Below the pieces are notes generated by a model. It made no database searches. It was given only the letters and a program-made list of their open reading frames with translations, and was not told the DNA's origin. Positions 24,705 to 38,537 of a stretch of 64,000 nt of DNA are shown here, one piece after another (positions within the stretch are counted from its first letter, which is position 1; the number at the start of each line of letters is the position of its first letter). Source of the stretch: Eledone cirrhosa (Eukaryota); assembly GCA_964016885.1 (NCBI GenBank), contig OZ024742.1, forward strand, positions 319,362,001 through 319,426,000, written 5' to 3'. The translations under genes and the position numbers were made by a program.

Positions 24705-27700
24705 TAATAATAATAATAATGATTTCTTTATTGGCCACAAGGGTTGACATCAAGAAAAACATTACAGACGGCACAGGACGGTACGATGTGGGTTTTGTGC
24801 GTGCAAAAATTTTTATTATTTATATAAGAAACGAAAAAGAAAAAAGACATAGAAACATATATATAAACAATAAAAAATTCCCCAATAGAGGGGAAACCTC
24901 CGAGGGTTACTTGTGGCGTAAACCACACAAAAGACCACGGCCACCCTGACCACCAGGGCAAATGCCCTCTCTCAATTTTTCCATTCCTCAAACTACAAGC
25001 ATATATTCAGAGTGGTCCCGTTTACTCGGTCCATTCTCACTACATTCACTCACCTTTCATCAAACTTGTTAGAAGATAGCACTTGCTTCTCCACCCTGAT
25101 TTTCCTCTTCAAGTGAAACTTGAAAAAGTTAATCAGGGATTCGCTGAAGAGGAAAGTGTCTGTCTTTAACCCTTTCAACCTTGTCCACCTCACAATCTCT
25201 TTCGCCATGGTCACCAGGAAGATGAAAACTGCCTGGAAGACGGCGAGACCATCTGCACAATGGACTTAGTCGATAATCGGATCGATCCTACACGCGACAG
25301 CAACTGTTCGACATAGCTCCACAAGTCAGCAATGCTCGGGTACTGAATGAGTGCGTGCACAACGGTTTCGTCGCTCTGCGCGCATCTTGGCTGACGACAC
25401 TTCCGTGCCTGTAGAGCTTATCTCGAACCGGCAATGCTCCCCGGTAGCACTGCCAGGCCAGGGATTTCTGGAAGTTATCCATAGGTCCTGGGCTGAAAGT
25501 TCTCCAGAAGAGAGCAAACAGCTGATCTTCTTCGACGCCCAGGATCTCTCTGAGAACGTCGTTGCTCTTCCCCTCCACTAGTCCTTTATAGAACGCCGAG
25601 GTGGATGTTCCACTGATACTGGTGCCCAGCTGGCAGAGGGGGGTGAGCGCCTGGAGACATTCCAGTTTCCAAGCGCTATCCCTCGGTCTTTTCCTGACCC
25701 AGGACTACAGCTCCGTGGCAAATGGCGACCACACCTGTTCACCGTCAAGGAAGCACCAGAGATGTCGCAGCCTCAGCGCATCATCAGCCACGGCATGCCC
25801 AGTCCTCCACGCAACGGGTGTTGACAGCAGATGGATCGTCTGACCATGGGAGTGCGTCCTTTCCACAAAAAGTGGGGCAAGGGACGATGGTGAGGCGGTA
25901 GCAGATGACGGATGCGATGAACGCATTGGCCACCTCCGCCCGGCCTTTCAGGGACAGCTTCCTCTCGGCCCATTTCTGGGAGAGGGAGGCCACTTTGCTC
26001 ATCACTTCGCTCCAGTTTTTCTCCATCTGGAGGTCTGGTCCGAACCAGACGCCTGAGCAATTTAACCGGTCCGTCCGTCCAACGCCCCACAACGCTGTCG
26101 GACGGCATGGACTTGCCTCTCCAGGTGCCGAGCTGTAAGCTCACCAACTTTTCCTGGTTTATCTTTGCTCCTGTCAGCGCTTCGGATTCCTTGAGAGCGG
26201 TGCCGAGCATCTGGACGTGTCTGGTGCTTGACACCACCACGGTGACGTCGTCGGCGTAAGCTGAATCGGATTTCCCGCATCCTAGTTCGCGTGGGACACC
26301 CCTCATCGCCCCCAGTTTGTGCAGTAACGGCTCGAGAGCCAATACGTACAAGAGAGACGAGAGGGGACAACCCTGATGGACCGAGCACATGATGCTGAAC
26401 AGTTGCAACAGCTGACCGTTCACTCTCACAACCGAGCAGATGTCGCTGTACATCGCAGAGATCCAACCCCTGAAAACGGGCCCAAAACCGGCTGCCTCAA
26501 GGACCGCCGTCAGGTACCGATGGTCGACCCTATCGAATGCTTTGGATTGTTCCAAGTTGATCAGGACCCCACCCATGCCAGGTTCCTTAACCACCCTCTG
26601 TATGATGTATCGCATGAGGTGGAGGTTGTCGTGTATGGATGTCTGGAATGGCGCATGTCTGCGCCTCTCCCACCAGATCCTCGACGACAAGCGCCAACCT
26701 CGTTGCTAACACCTTCGCCAAAATCTTGAGCTCTGCGTTTAGCAGAGTTATGGGCCTGAAGTTATCGATAACATCCCCTTTGTTCGGGTCTTTTCTCAGC
26801 AGCGCCACTGCTCCCCAGCTCACAAAACTGGGAATGCTCCCGTTCTTCTGCCAGTTACAGTAGACGTCTGCCAAGAGGTCACCGAACAAGTCTGGCATAA
26901 ATGCATGAAGCTCGTAGAGTAGACCATCCAAACCTGGCGATTTACCCCTTGTGCAGTTAGCCATCGCTTCCTGTATTTCACCGGCTGTTATTGGCTTTTC
27001 GCAACACTGTGCTGCGGTCGTCGAGAGCCGAGGCAGTCCATCGAGGTATGCACTGAAGTCCATACCCCGATCCGGCTTGCCGCTGCTCCCGAACAGTTCA
27101 GCAAAGTGCTGCTGAAAAGCCTCACACATCTGCTCGGGTTCGAGCAACACGCGCCCGTTTTGGTCAGACAAAGACTGAATTGTAGATTTGTTGCCACGTC
27201 ACGCCTCTGCCACCCAGGCCCATTGGACGGCTTTTGTCCCCTCGTGTTTCAGAGCACGCGTTCTAGCTCTGATAACGCAGCCTTCGTGTTTTGCGTTGAA
27301 GAATTGGTCGAGTGCCAATCTCGCCGCAAGCACGTCGGTTGCGATGCCTGTCCTAAATGCCTCTTCTAGCTTTCTGACTAGCTCTCCCTCTACTCTATTT
27401 TCCTCTATCACTAGTCCTTTGCTAAACCTAATCGACCCTACTTTAATTGCCCTTTTCAGGGCAAACCACTACCTGTTGTTGACGACCGCTCTCGTCAACG
27501 CCCGCTTAATACGCTAATCCGGTCTCTGTAGGCTTTGCGCGCCGGGAAAGATGCGTTCAGCTTCCAGTAACCGGGTCCTTGTCTATGAAGTCTGTCTATG
27601 TTGATCTCACAGATCACAAATTTGAGCTCTGTGTAGTCGACTATTTTAAATTGTGGACAACTTATACTAGCCTTATCTAGTTCTCTGCAGAATACCCTAT

Positions 27701-30480
27701 TGAGATACGATCTGGATGACTCGATGCGGTTTGTCCATGTCTACATTGGCACATTCGGGTGATCCAGTCGATACCTGTCAGACAGTTCAAAACGTTTGAG
27801 CAGGTTGGTGAGGCTCTTGCACCCTCCTCCCCTATCCACTAGCCCCACACAAACCCAGCGTGCATCCAAGATACCGTTCCAGTCGCCCACTAACACTAAA
27901 GAGCAGGACGTTCCAAGAAAGGTCTCTAGACATCTGAAGAAATCTGGCCGTCCTGCCCCATTTGGGGCATAGACGGCTACTAGCCTGAAAGCATTGCCGG
28001 TCATGTCCAGCCTCTCCGAAAAAGGACTGCAACTCCTCCCTCCAATCCTGGATGGCTGGGAGATGCGTATACATCGTAGCCGCCGAAGATCGGTGCGAAG
28101 GCTCGTGGTTCGGAGATTCTGGTCTCGCTGATGGCCACCACATCTATGTTTAGTGACCTGAGGTCATTGAGCAGGTGACCCTGCTTCCAAGATGAGCCCA
28201 GGCCACGTACATTTATACTGCCTATTCTAAGTACAGCCATGTTGGATGAGAAACGGGGCAAGTGAGAAAGGGTCACTTACCTTGATCGTGTGGTGAAGGG
28301 ACAGTAGAACTGTCCCTTTGGCTGGTCATGGGTGTTTCCAAGAGGATGTCAGTGTATATTCTCTTGGTAACCGACCCTCTGAAGTTTCCAACTGCGTTGA
28401 GGAATTTTTGTTTTAAAAGTTTGTACTGTTCTATTTTGATATCAATGATGCTTATGTTTGTTGGGAGAGTTCTTGGTGTTGGTGGGGTGTAGTAGTTTTT
28501 TTCTGTGATGGTTGTGTGCTGCTTTATATGTTGTGTGAGTTCTTTATTTGCCATGTTTATGGCTGTGTACTTTTGGGGGGAGGGGTGATTTTGTTGCTGT
28601 TGTGTGTGTGTGTTTTGTTGTTGGTGTTTTTGGTGATGCTGGTGGTGGTGTGGTTGTTGTTGGCGGTGGTGCTTGTGATGGTGATGGTGGTGGTGTTGCT
28701 GCAAGTCTCCTTGCAGCCTTTACCCCTCTTTGTGTACCTTCGCTTTTGGAGAGTGAAGCTAAGGGTTTTTTTGTTTTTTGTAGCAGACCGTTTGTCACTT
28801 CACTCCCGCATCAGACTCCATGTCGAATTCCGTGGCGTTTGGGAGGGGTATGTGCTCTACGGCTGTTGGTGGTGGTAGTGGAGCCCTCTCCAGCGATTTT
28901 GTTGCTGCTACCGATGCTGCTGCTTTAGTTGTCCGTCGCCTTGGTACGGGTGCCACGGACGTTGCCCTCCTACTCACGGTGGAAGGGGCTTCTGCGTTTG
29001 TTGCCTGCCCTGCTCTTGGTAGAAGTGGACCAGGCATTGGAAGGAGAGGGGCCTTCTTCTTCGGACAAAAGACCCTGAGGTGACCCTTTGACCCACAGAG
29101 ATAACATTTTGGCCATCCTCCTTCCACGCTTATAGGGAGTTGGAGTCCTTCCTCGAGGTCTATGATATTGGGGATAGCGTCGATACACTCCTGGTCAGTT
29201 TGTATAAGCATTTGCATGCCTATACCTGACCAGTTCTCTTTCCCTACTTTCTCTATTTGCAGCATGGTCGTCCTGTCCTCAATTCCAGCAAGGACAGACA
29301 CGGCCAGCGATGGTATGGGCACGTTGGGTGGGACCAGGGTCAATTTGACCCTCACAATTTTCTGCCTGCAGTAGGAGGGCACCAAGACTATCTCCTCACT
29401 CTTTAGGGTTTCCAAAGAGTGAGACTTCGCTTCTTGGGGGGGGGGGGGGGGGGGGCGAAAAGTACGTCTACTGTGGCGTACTTTCTGCCTCGGGTGATGT
29501 GGGTTTTGCGCGCCCAGACGCATCCCAAGGCCTTTTAAATTTGAGCCTCCGTGGCTCTCTCCACCCGATGTGACATTTTGCTTACAGTGCGGTAAGTCAC
29601 CGTCCGTAGCTGCTGGTCCTTGAAAAAAATCGGGTGGAAGTTTCAGGGTAACTCTATTGGCGTTTCTTGTCACCATGGCCCTTGCGACTACCATCTCCTC
29701 CTCTGTGACTAACACAGTTTCCATATTTCGGGCCACACCTGCAAAAGAAGTAGTCCCTTTTTCAGTGGCACCACTATTGCTGCTGCTACTGGTCTTGCTG
29801 GTGGTGCTGAGATTGCTGTTACTGGTATTGATGTCATTGTTGATGTTTTCGTTGGTACTGTTGTTGCTGTTGTTTTCGTTGATACTGTTGCTGTTGTTAC
29901 TGTTATTGTGGCTGTTATTATTATTGTTGTTTTTGTTGATACTGTTCCTACTATTATTGTTGTGACTGTTGTTATTGTCGTTCTCGACCTTACCGCTGTT
30001 ATTTTTGTTATTGTCGTTCTCGACCTTACCACTGTTATTTTTGTTGTTGCTGTTGTTATTGCAGGTGTTGTTGTTGGTGTTATTGTTGGTGTTGTTTGTG
30101 TTAGGAATATTTGGTAATTTTAAATCTGTAACAATATCATTAAAAATGATATTGTTCCTCTTTTCCTTTGTAATATTTTCTTTTATATTTACCTTCGCTA
30201 GAACACTGTCTTGTTGATATGTTGACAAAGTCTCCCTCCGCTCTCTCTCTTTCTTGTGTTATCCATGTTGAAAGAAATTTTTTTCAAATAATATTTTTAC
30301 ATAATACGACACCCCGTAAAGGGGTGCCGTATTATTTACGAGTGAACCCCTGTATTGGGTGGATCACTTCTTCTAAACTTTTATCAAGTTTAAAACTTGA
30401 ATAAAAGGTTTAGAACGGTTGAAAACGAGGTAAACTGTCGAAAAAAAAAACTTGAGGCGATAAGAAGCGTGGCTTCACCT
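24705..30480 (-). mobile_element. Near full-length, degenerate Tx1/L1-clade LINE (ORF1 with CCHC knuckle, ORF2 APE-RT, AATAAA + (ATT)n tail)
   Basis: ORF1 28795-30228 has an Asn-rich tract and CYLCGSKGHLRVFC. ORF2 fragments: IGSINVRGL..ISETR, VYAPN, GDWN, GKSPGLDG, FRPITLLNAELKILAKVLA, KAFDRVDH, QGCPLS, AYADD, GGLGMP. Many frameshifts. Confidence 0.9.
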
Positions 30481-30488
30481 TCAATAAC

Positions 30489-32908
30489 AATAATAATAAT
30501 AATAATGGTTTCTTTATTGGCCACAAGGGCTAACATGAAGAAAAACATTAGACACGGCACAGGACAGTACAGGACGATACAAAGTGGGTTTTGGTCGCGT
30601 AAACAGGTTATAACAAAATCGGGCTAGAAATAAAAAAAATTCAAACAAAAATTCCCCAAAAAAGGGGAAACCTTCGAGAGTCACTCGTGGCAAAAACCAC
30701 ACAAAAAGACCACGAACACCCTGACCACCAGAGCAAGCGCCCTCTCTCAGTTTTCCCATTCCTCAGTCTACAGGCGCATACTCAGAGCGGGCCTGTTCAC
30801 TCGGGCCAGACTCGCCACTTTCACCCACCTTTCAACAAACTTACTAGAAGACAGCACTTGCCTCTCCACCCTGATTTTCCTCTTCAAGTACAACTTGTAA
30901 AAGTTAACAGGGATTGGCCAAGAGGAAAGTGTCCGTCTTCAAACCTTTCAACCTTGTCTACCACACAATCTCTTTTGGCATGGCTACCAGGCAGATGAAA
31001 ACTGCCTGCCCTTCCTCCTCTTTAAAGGAGGATGGCGGGGCTATCTGCACAATGGACTCAGTCGATAACCAGATCCATCCTACACGCGACAGCAGCTGTA
31101 CGACATAGCTCCACATAGCAATCCTCGAGCACTGAATGAGTGCGTGCAGGACGGTTTCGTCGCCCTACACGCATCTCGGACAGATTTGGCTGATAGCACC
31201 TCCGTACCTGTAGAGCTTACCCTGAACCAGCAACGCTCCCCGGTAGCACTGCCAGACCATGGATTTCTGGAAGTTGTCCATAGGCCCCGGTCTGAAAGTT
31301 CTCTTGAAGAGAGCGAACAGCTGATCGTCTTTGACGCCCAGCATCTCCCCGAGAAAGTTGTCATTCTTTCCCTCCACTAGCCCTCTATAGAACGCCGAGG
31401 TGGATGTTCCACCGATACTAGTGCCCAGCTGGTAGAGGGCGGTGAGCGTTTGGAGACATTCCAGCTTGCAAGCGCTGTCCCTCAGTCTTTTCCTGATCCA
31501 GGACTGCAGCTCCGTCAAGGAGACGAGCTGGGGAAAAGCGCGTCTGGCAAATGGCGACCACACCTGTTCACCGTGAAGAAAGCACCAGAGATGTTGCAGC
31601 CTCAGCGCATGTTTGCGCATCATCAGCCACGGCATGCCTAGTCCTCCACGCAACGGGTGTTGACAGCAAATGGATCATCTGACCATGGGAGCATGTCCCT
31701 TCCACAAAAAGCGGAAGAGAAGGCGCTCCATTTTGGTCAGAGGCAAGGTACGACGGTCAGGCAGTAGCAGATGATGGACGCTATGTACGCATTCGCCACC
31801 TCCGCCCGACCTTTCAGGGACAGCCTCCTCTTGGCTCATTTCTGCGTGAGAGAGGCCACCCTGTTCGTCACCTTGCTCCAGTTTTTCTCCATCTGGAGTT
31901 CCGGACCAAACCAGACCCCGAGCAATTTAACCGGTCCTTCTGTCCAGCGCCCCACGATGCTGTCAGACGGCATGGACTTGCCTCTCCAGGTGCCGAGTTG
32001 CAAGCCCACCAACTTTTCCTGGTTTATCTTTGCTCCTGTCACCACTTCGTATTCCTTGAGAGCGGTGTCGAGCATCTGGACGTGTTTGGTGCTCGACACC
32101 ACCTTGGTGATGTCGTCAGCGTAAGCTGACACAGATCTCCCACATCCCAGTTCACATGGGACCCCCCCCTCATCGTTTCCAATTTGTGCAGTAACGGCTC
32201 GAGGACCAGTACATACAAGAGGGACGAAAGGGGGCAACCCTGGTGGACCGAGCGCATGATGCTGAAAGGCTGCGACAGGTGACCATTCACCCTCACAATC
32301 GAGCAGATGTTTCTGTGCATCGCAGCGATCCAGCCCCTAAAAACGGGCCCGAAGCCGGTCGCCTCGAGGACCACAGCCAGGTACCGATGGTCGACACTAT
32401 CAAATACTTTAGATTGATCCAAGTTGATTAGGGCCGCACCCGTTCTAGGTTCCTTAACCACCCTCTCTATGATGTATCACATGAGATGGAGGTTGTTGTG
32501 GATGGATCTGTCTGGAATGGCGCATGTCTGCGCCTCTCCCACCAGATCACCGACAACAAGCGCCAATCTCTTTGCTAACACTTTGGCCAAAATCTTAAAC
32601 TCTGCGTTTAGCAGAGTTATGGGCCTGAAGTTGTCTATAATGTCCCCCTTGTTCGAGTCTTTTCTCAGCAGCACCACCGCTCCCCGGCTCACAAAACTGG
32701 GAATGCTCTCATTCTGCTGCCAGTTGCAGTAGACATCTGCCAAGAGGTCGCCGAACAAGTCTGGCATATAATCATAAAGCTTGTAGGGCAGACCATCCAA
32801 ACCTGGCGATATACCCCTTGTGGAGTCAGACATCGCTTCCCATATTTCACCTGCTGTTATCGGCTTTTCGCAGCACTGCGCTGCGGTCATCGAGAGCCGC
32901 GGCAGTCC
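30489..32908 (-). mobile_element. 5'-truncated second copy of the same Tx1/L1 family
   Basis: Collinear with 24705-27040, with the same RT motifs and the same 3' end CCAATAAAGAAA.CATT(ATT)n. Confidence 0.9.
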
Positions 32909-33143
32909 TAATAATAATAATAATAATGATTTCTAGTATAGGCACAAGGCCAGTAATTTCGGGGGAGGGGAAAGTCGATTAAATCGACCCCAGTACGTAA
33001 CTGGTGCTTTATTTTATCGACCCCGTAAGGATGAAAGGCAAAGTTAACCTTGGCGGGATTTGAACTCAGACCATAAAGGGCCGTAACTCTTTGCTGCAAA
33101 GCATGGTGTCCGACCTTCTACCGATACTGCCAATGTACTGCCC
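32909..33143 (-). mobile_element. Full-length tRNA-derived SINE with Nin-like core and (ATT)n tail
   Basis: Minus strand has A box TGGCAGTATCGG, B box GAGTTCAAATC, core GCCTTTCATCCTTACGGGGTCGATAAAATAAAGCACCAG and tail GGCCTTGTGCCTATACTAGAAATCATTATT. Confidence 0.85.
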
Positions 33144-33148
33144 TATAT

Positions 33149-34180
33149 ATAATAATAGTAATAACAATTTCTTTAATCAACACAAAAGGTCAACATTAAG
33201 AAAAAATTTGGATTGCACAAGATGAAAACATAGAGTGTATGTGTGTTGGTGCGTGGGGTTAATATGACACAGGCTTAACAATAAAAAATGTTAACAATGG
33301 GAATTCCTCAATACGAAGGAAACATTCATTGAAAAAACCCCATAAAACCACAGGTGCCCTGAACTCTAGGGCAAGTGCCCTGTCCCACTCATCCTCCTTC
33401 AATCCACAGGTGCACACTCTGAGCAGGCCATACTCACCACTCTCACCCAACTTTCAACAAACTGCTTAGAAGTCAGCACTCCCCTCTCTACCCTGATTTT
33501 ACTCAAGCGAAACCTAAAAAAGTTAATGAGAACTTTGCTGAAGAAAAAATTGCCGGTCTTCAAACCTTTCAGACTTGTCAACCATACAATTTCTTTCGCC
33601 ATGACCACCAGACAGAAAATAAAACAGTCTGCCCTTCCTGACCAAACGAAGGCGGTAGGGTGATCTTCACAATGGACTTAGCTGATAGCTGGATTTGTCC
33701 TACACCCGACAGCAGGTGTTCAACATAAACCTACAAGTCAGCAATGCTCAGACACTGGACAAGTGCGTGCAAGACAGTTTTGTCACCCACTGTGCATCTC
33801 AGACAGGCCTGGTTGATGCCACTTCCATGCCTGTAGAGTTTAAGAGAATCTCAAACTGGCAAAACTCCTTGGTAGCACTGCCAGGCCAGGGATTTTTGGA
33901 AATTATTCATGGGCCCCAAACCAAAAGTCCTCCTGAAAAGGCTAGAGTCAATGTTTAGAGTTTCCCTAAGATCGTTGTCATTTTCATCTGCCACTAACCC
34001 TCTATAGAATGCCATGGTGGAGTTTCAACTGATCATACTGCTCAATTAGTAGAAAGCTGTGAGCGCTTGAAGACATTCCAGTTTCTAAGCACTTTCTCTC
34101 AGTCTCTGCTTGACACAGGACTTCAGCTCCATCATGGAAACACTGGGGAAACATGTCTAGTGAACGGCAACCACACCCGT
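33149..34180 (-). mobile_element. Third, older Tx1/L1 3' fragment
   Basis: Diverged match to 30500-31570 (MAKEIVW, GTAGCACTGCCAGGCCAGGGA). Confidence 0.75.
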
Positions 34181-34764
34181 CTCTCTGTCCAGTGCCTGAC
34201 ATATGCATAAGAAATGAAAATGCATAAGGATGAGGCCCCCTTTGGTCATGACTGACTATGAAGTTGCACCTGGAAAGTTCCTCTCCAGGGTGCAAACCTG
34301 GACAAGGCATTTTGTGGAAAACCAACAATTGCCCATGATTGCTAGTCTTCCCTGTCCATGCCACCGATGCTAGCCAAGGGAATAGGTACCAGTGTAGTTA
34401 CAACTAATCTTTTCCAGCTGATTGGAGTAATGTGAAATACACAATGTACCACTCAGCTCAGGAATCAAACTCATGACTTAAAATAAAATACAACTTACTC
34501 ATGTTAGGTTGCTAATTTATATATAATTAGTCAATGTTGTCTATATTATATTATATTCTTTATATTTTGTTTATTTGTGGTAGGTTACAAGCAAGTCACA
34601 TGTATAATCAATCAAGTAGTACAATTTGATAATGAGAAGGTTTATTACAAAATCCTTATTTTCTAAATTATTTAAAAAAATCATTGGCTGTGCTTTAATT
34701 AGAAATATGATAATGAAAGGATTAAAGAAACTTTCTTTAAAAAAAATCAACAACTTTTGCTTAC

Positions 34765-34858
34765 CTTATCAAAGAGGCCTTTTAACTGAAATAGTAATGT
34801 TTTGTATTTACTGTTGCGACTACTGTTTGACTTGTCAGTATTTTGTTGGTTGCTTCTT
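34765..34858 (-). CDS. ARMC1: ARMC1 coding exon 5: RSNQQNTDKSNSSRNSKYKTLLFQLKGLFDK
   Basis: TTTTCCAG acceptor, GTAAGC donor, 94 nt, phase 2 to 0. Compare human KRAKTVVLHIDGLDD. Confidence 0.85.
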
Positions 34859-36119
34859 CTGGAAAATACAAATATTTCCCAGTATTTTGTTTAGAAATTT
34901 TCTAAGATTTTAATTTTTGTAAACTAGCTTGATGTAGAAAGTTACTGTCCTTAGCCTAATTAATTCCTTTGGTGCCCAACCATTTGAAACTGCTGCTGGG
35001 TCCAAGATATAAAGCTGTTTATATTTATTTAAAAACCTTCCATTATAATTTTACATCAGAAATATTAAGATATGCTCCAAAAAAAAAGATCAATAATGAG
35101 AAAGTTATATTACTAAATCCTTCCAAATTACAGACTATTTTCAAAAATATTTGAAATGTATAGGCCATGTGTTTCATTTGAAATATGGTAATGAAAGAGT
35201 TAAGTATCATCATGAACTGTGGTGAAGAGGAATATGCATAATGTAGTGGTTAGGGTGTTAAGCTTATGATAGTAAGGTCAATGGTTCAATTCGCAGACTG
35301 AGCAGCATACTGTGTCTTACTCAAGCTCACAATGCACCCCCAGTCCAGGAATAGAACTTACGACCGTATAAACCCTGTACCCAAACTAAGTCACATGCCT
35401 TCACAATATAGCAGACTCTGGTGTTAACTTCATACCAACCCAGCCAAAACCAGCTCTGGTTCTATGAAATGGAACCACCCATTTTAAAGTGTTCCTATTT
35501 AAATTTTCTAACATTATTTTATATAAGAACCATATGGTAAGTTACTAGCTTAGTAATTAGATGATTAATAATCTTAGTAAATCTATCAAAATTTCTAATT
35601 CTTAATTGAAAGGAAGTGTATTTTATTGGAAATATGGTAATAAAAGGATTAAACTGAGTGATGAAGTCAGCCATTCAAAAATAGGTACAGCCTATCTAAT
35701 GATCTGCAGTTTCCAGTAGAAATATGGACAATGATGATGACACATGCACTCACAGCTATGCAGGTTTAGCTAGCTTCCTACAAGATTGCATCTTGAGGCT
35801 TCTCATGTGTTTTAATAATAGTGGGCCCCATTCCTGGACTGGATACCAATTTATTGTGAGGGTCAAAGCGGGTGATGTTACTTTTTTTTTTATCTGAGTA
35901 GACTAGAGCACCATGAAATGAAATATCTTACTCAAGAACACAATGTGCAGCTCAGTTCAGGAACCAAACTCATGACCTCATGATTATGAGTTCAACACAC
36001 TAACCATTGGGTGTTTTTTGTTTTTTCTACATATATTACAGAAATATCTATATCCCTGATCTATCAGAAGCTGTTTTAAAATATAGTAGGATGGTAAAAA
36101 TAAAAAGGAGCCAATCATT

Positions 36120-36530
36120 CATCTGATCAGACCAAGAAAACAATGTTTCTATGGCTGATACTATCTATTGGTCACAACTCTTGGTAGAAGAATGGAGCTG
36201 ATTATCAAATCAGACCAAGGAAACAATGTTTCCATTGATCTTTCCATTGCTGATACTATCTACTGGTCACAACTCCTGGTAGAAGAATGGACTTGATTAT
36301 CGGATCAGATCAAGAAAACAATGTTTCCATTGATCTTTCCATGGTTGATACTATCTGCCAGTTACAATAAGATAAGAATGGACTGATTCTCAAATCAGAC
36401 CAAGGAAACAATGTTTCCATTGCTGTTACTATCTACTGATCACAACTCCTGGTAGAAGAATGGAGCTGATTACCAGATCAAGGAAATAATGTTTCCATTG
36501 CTGATACTATCTGCTGTTGCAACTCCTAAA
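36120..36530. repeat. Degenerate ~70-95-bp tandem repeat (about 5 units) in an ARMC1 intron
   Basis: Recurring CAGA(C/T)CAAGGAAACAATGTTTCCATTG..GATACTATCTA..GGTCACAACTCCTGGTAGAAGAATGGA. Confidence 0.85.
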
Positions 36531-36580
36531 GTTAAAAGAGAGAGAGAGAAAGAAGGAAAACTCAAAACAAAATTAAATAC

Positions 36581-36691
36581 CTCTTATTTTTAGGAGTTTG
36601 ATAAATATTAGTTGTGACAGGGTTAAGAGGAACGGTCTGTAAAGTTTCATGTAGTTTCATTGATTTGCTACAAATATCTTCATTTGGAGAT
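36581..36691 (-). CDS. ARMC1: ARMC1 coding exon 4: SPNEDICSKSMKLHETLQTVPLNPVTTNIYQTPKNK
   Basis: AG/GT bounded, 111 nt, phase 2 to 2, open frame that links exons 3 and 5. Confidence 0.8.
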
Positions 36692-37112
36692 CTATATAAA
36701 TAAATTATGGATATAGACAGATGGGTCGATAAATACATATATAGACATAGCTATCAATATAGACACAGATAGATAGATGAATCAAGTTGACTGTACTACA
36801 AAAGACTCGGCCACCCGAATGAGCAAGTGAATGAAGATTACAAGGAGTGGAGAGGGCTTTAGCCTACAGCAGATGAGATAACATTAGCTCCATAATAGAA
36901 TGCACTCAGTATAGCCTGTAATGGGGTTGGCGATGAATATAGGGTAGATATTTAGTTTGGTCATGCATATGACAACCTCTCTAGTGATTGTGCTGGTACC
37001 ACAATAAAATACACCCTGTAAAATGGTAAGGCTAGTTAGTGCTCATGCCATAATAAAATGCACCCAGTATGCCTGTCAAGTAGTAGTGCTGGTGCTATGA
37101 CAAAATGCACAT

Positions 37113-38232
37113 AATGCCACGGTACTAAAATATGCTGATTACATCAAGCTGTACCTTGAAATCAAAAGGACTGATCCTGAAATTTACAACTCTTTCCTAC
37201 AATCAGACCTGGACACAATGCAGCGATGGATCACAGACTGGCAACTGAAGCTGGCTGTGGACAAGTGTACCACCATGCATTTTGGAAGGAGAAATCCAGC
37301 GTCCACATACTCCCTCCACAACACTGATATCAAAAAGTCCTCTTGTGAACGTGACCTGGGCATTACTGTCAGCAACGATTTGCGTTGGACAAAGCATGTC
37401 TCTAAGATTGTCAAGAAGGCCGAGGGTGTCTTGGCATCACTCAGCAAGACCTTTGTTAGCCGCTCTCCAGCCATCTATTTAAAACTGTATACAGCTATGG
37501 TACGACCACACTTGGAATTCGCATCATCAGTCTGGAACCCCTATCTTGCTCAGAACATTGACCTCCTGGAAACTGTTCAGAGACGTGCAACCAAGCGCAT
37601 ACCCTCCATCAGACACCTACCATACTCTGAACGCCTTGCTTCCCTGGGCATGGATTCATTGAAGCTCCGACGTCTGGCAATGGACTTGGTGAATACCCAC
37701 AAAGTTTTTAACCATCTCGCCAATTGCAACCCTGAGCGCCTCTTTGATCTCCATGTGTCTAACACACGTGGACATGCCTACAAGATCAGAAAATAGCACA
37801 GCTCCCATGACTTTCGTAGACATTTTTTCACGCTCAGAGTTGCTGAAGCATGGAACAAACTGCCTGCGTCAATTGTTAGCTGCCGAGACACTGCATCCTT
37901 TAAGACACTCATGCTTCCCGAAATATGCCAAAACTACACCTGATGTACCCCTTCCATGCACATGCACACGTGTGTATCATGACTCGTGCATTGTTCATTT
38001 TACTGATGTTTGTGCATTGCCCTATGTACTGTACATGCACTTTTTTGATGAGTTGTGGTGCACCTGGGCACTGTACACAATATTTCATTATTGTTATTAT
38101 ATCATGACTCGTACACTGTTCATTTTCCTGACATTTGTACATTATTCTATGTACTATACATGCACCTTTGATGAGTTGTAGTGCACCTGAGCACTGTACA
38201 CAATAATTTCATTATTATTATTATTATTATAT
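37113..38232 (+). mobile_element. 5'-truncated CR1 copy, near-identical to 13212-14317
   Basis: ORF 37218-37796 matches the RT C-terminus almost residue for residue. The 3' UTR and (ATT)n tail are shared. Confidence 0.93.
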
Positions 38233-38537
38233 TATACCTTATAAGGTAGTTGGCATTTGGAAGGGCATTCAGCCATAGAAACTATGCTGATATGGAAGAT
38301 ATGGGTAAGAAAAGGTCTCTCTGACCTGTTGAGTCTCGGACAGTGAGAAGCTATTCAATCCATGCCACCATGGAAGAGAAATGTAAAACGATGATGAAAG
38401 GAAAGAGAAAATAAGAGAAAGAAAAAAACATAAAATAAATAATAAAAATAAATATGAAGAAGGATAAATGAAAGGAAGAAGAAATAAAGGAAAAATAGAC
38501 CATGAAAATATTGGTAAAATGTTTAATAAAAACTTAC

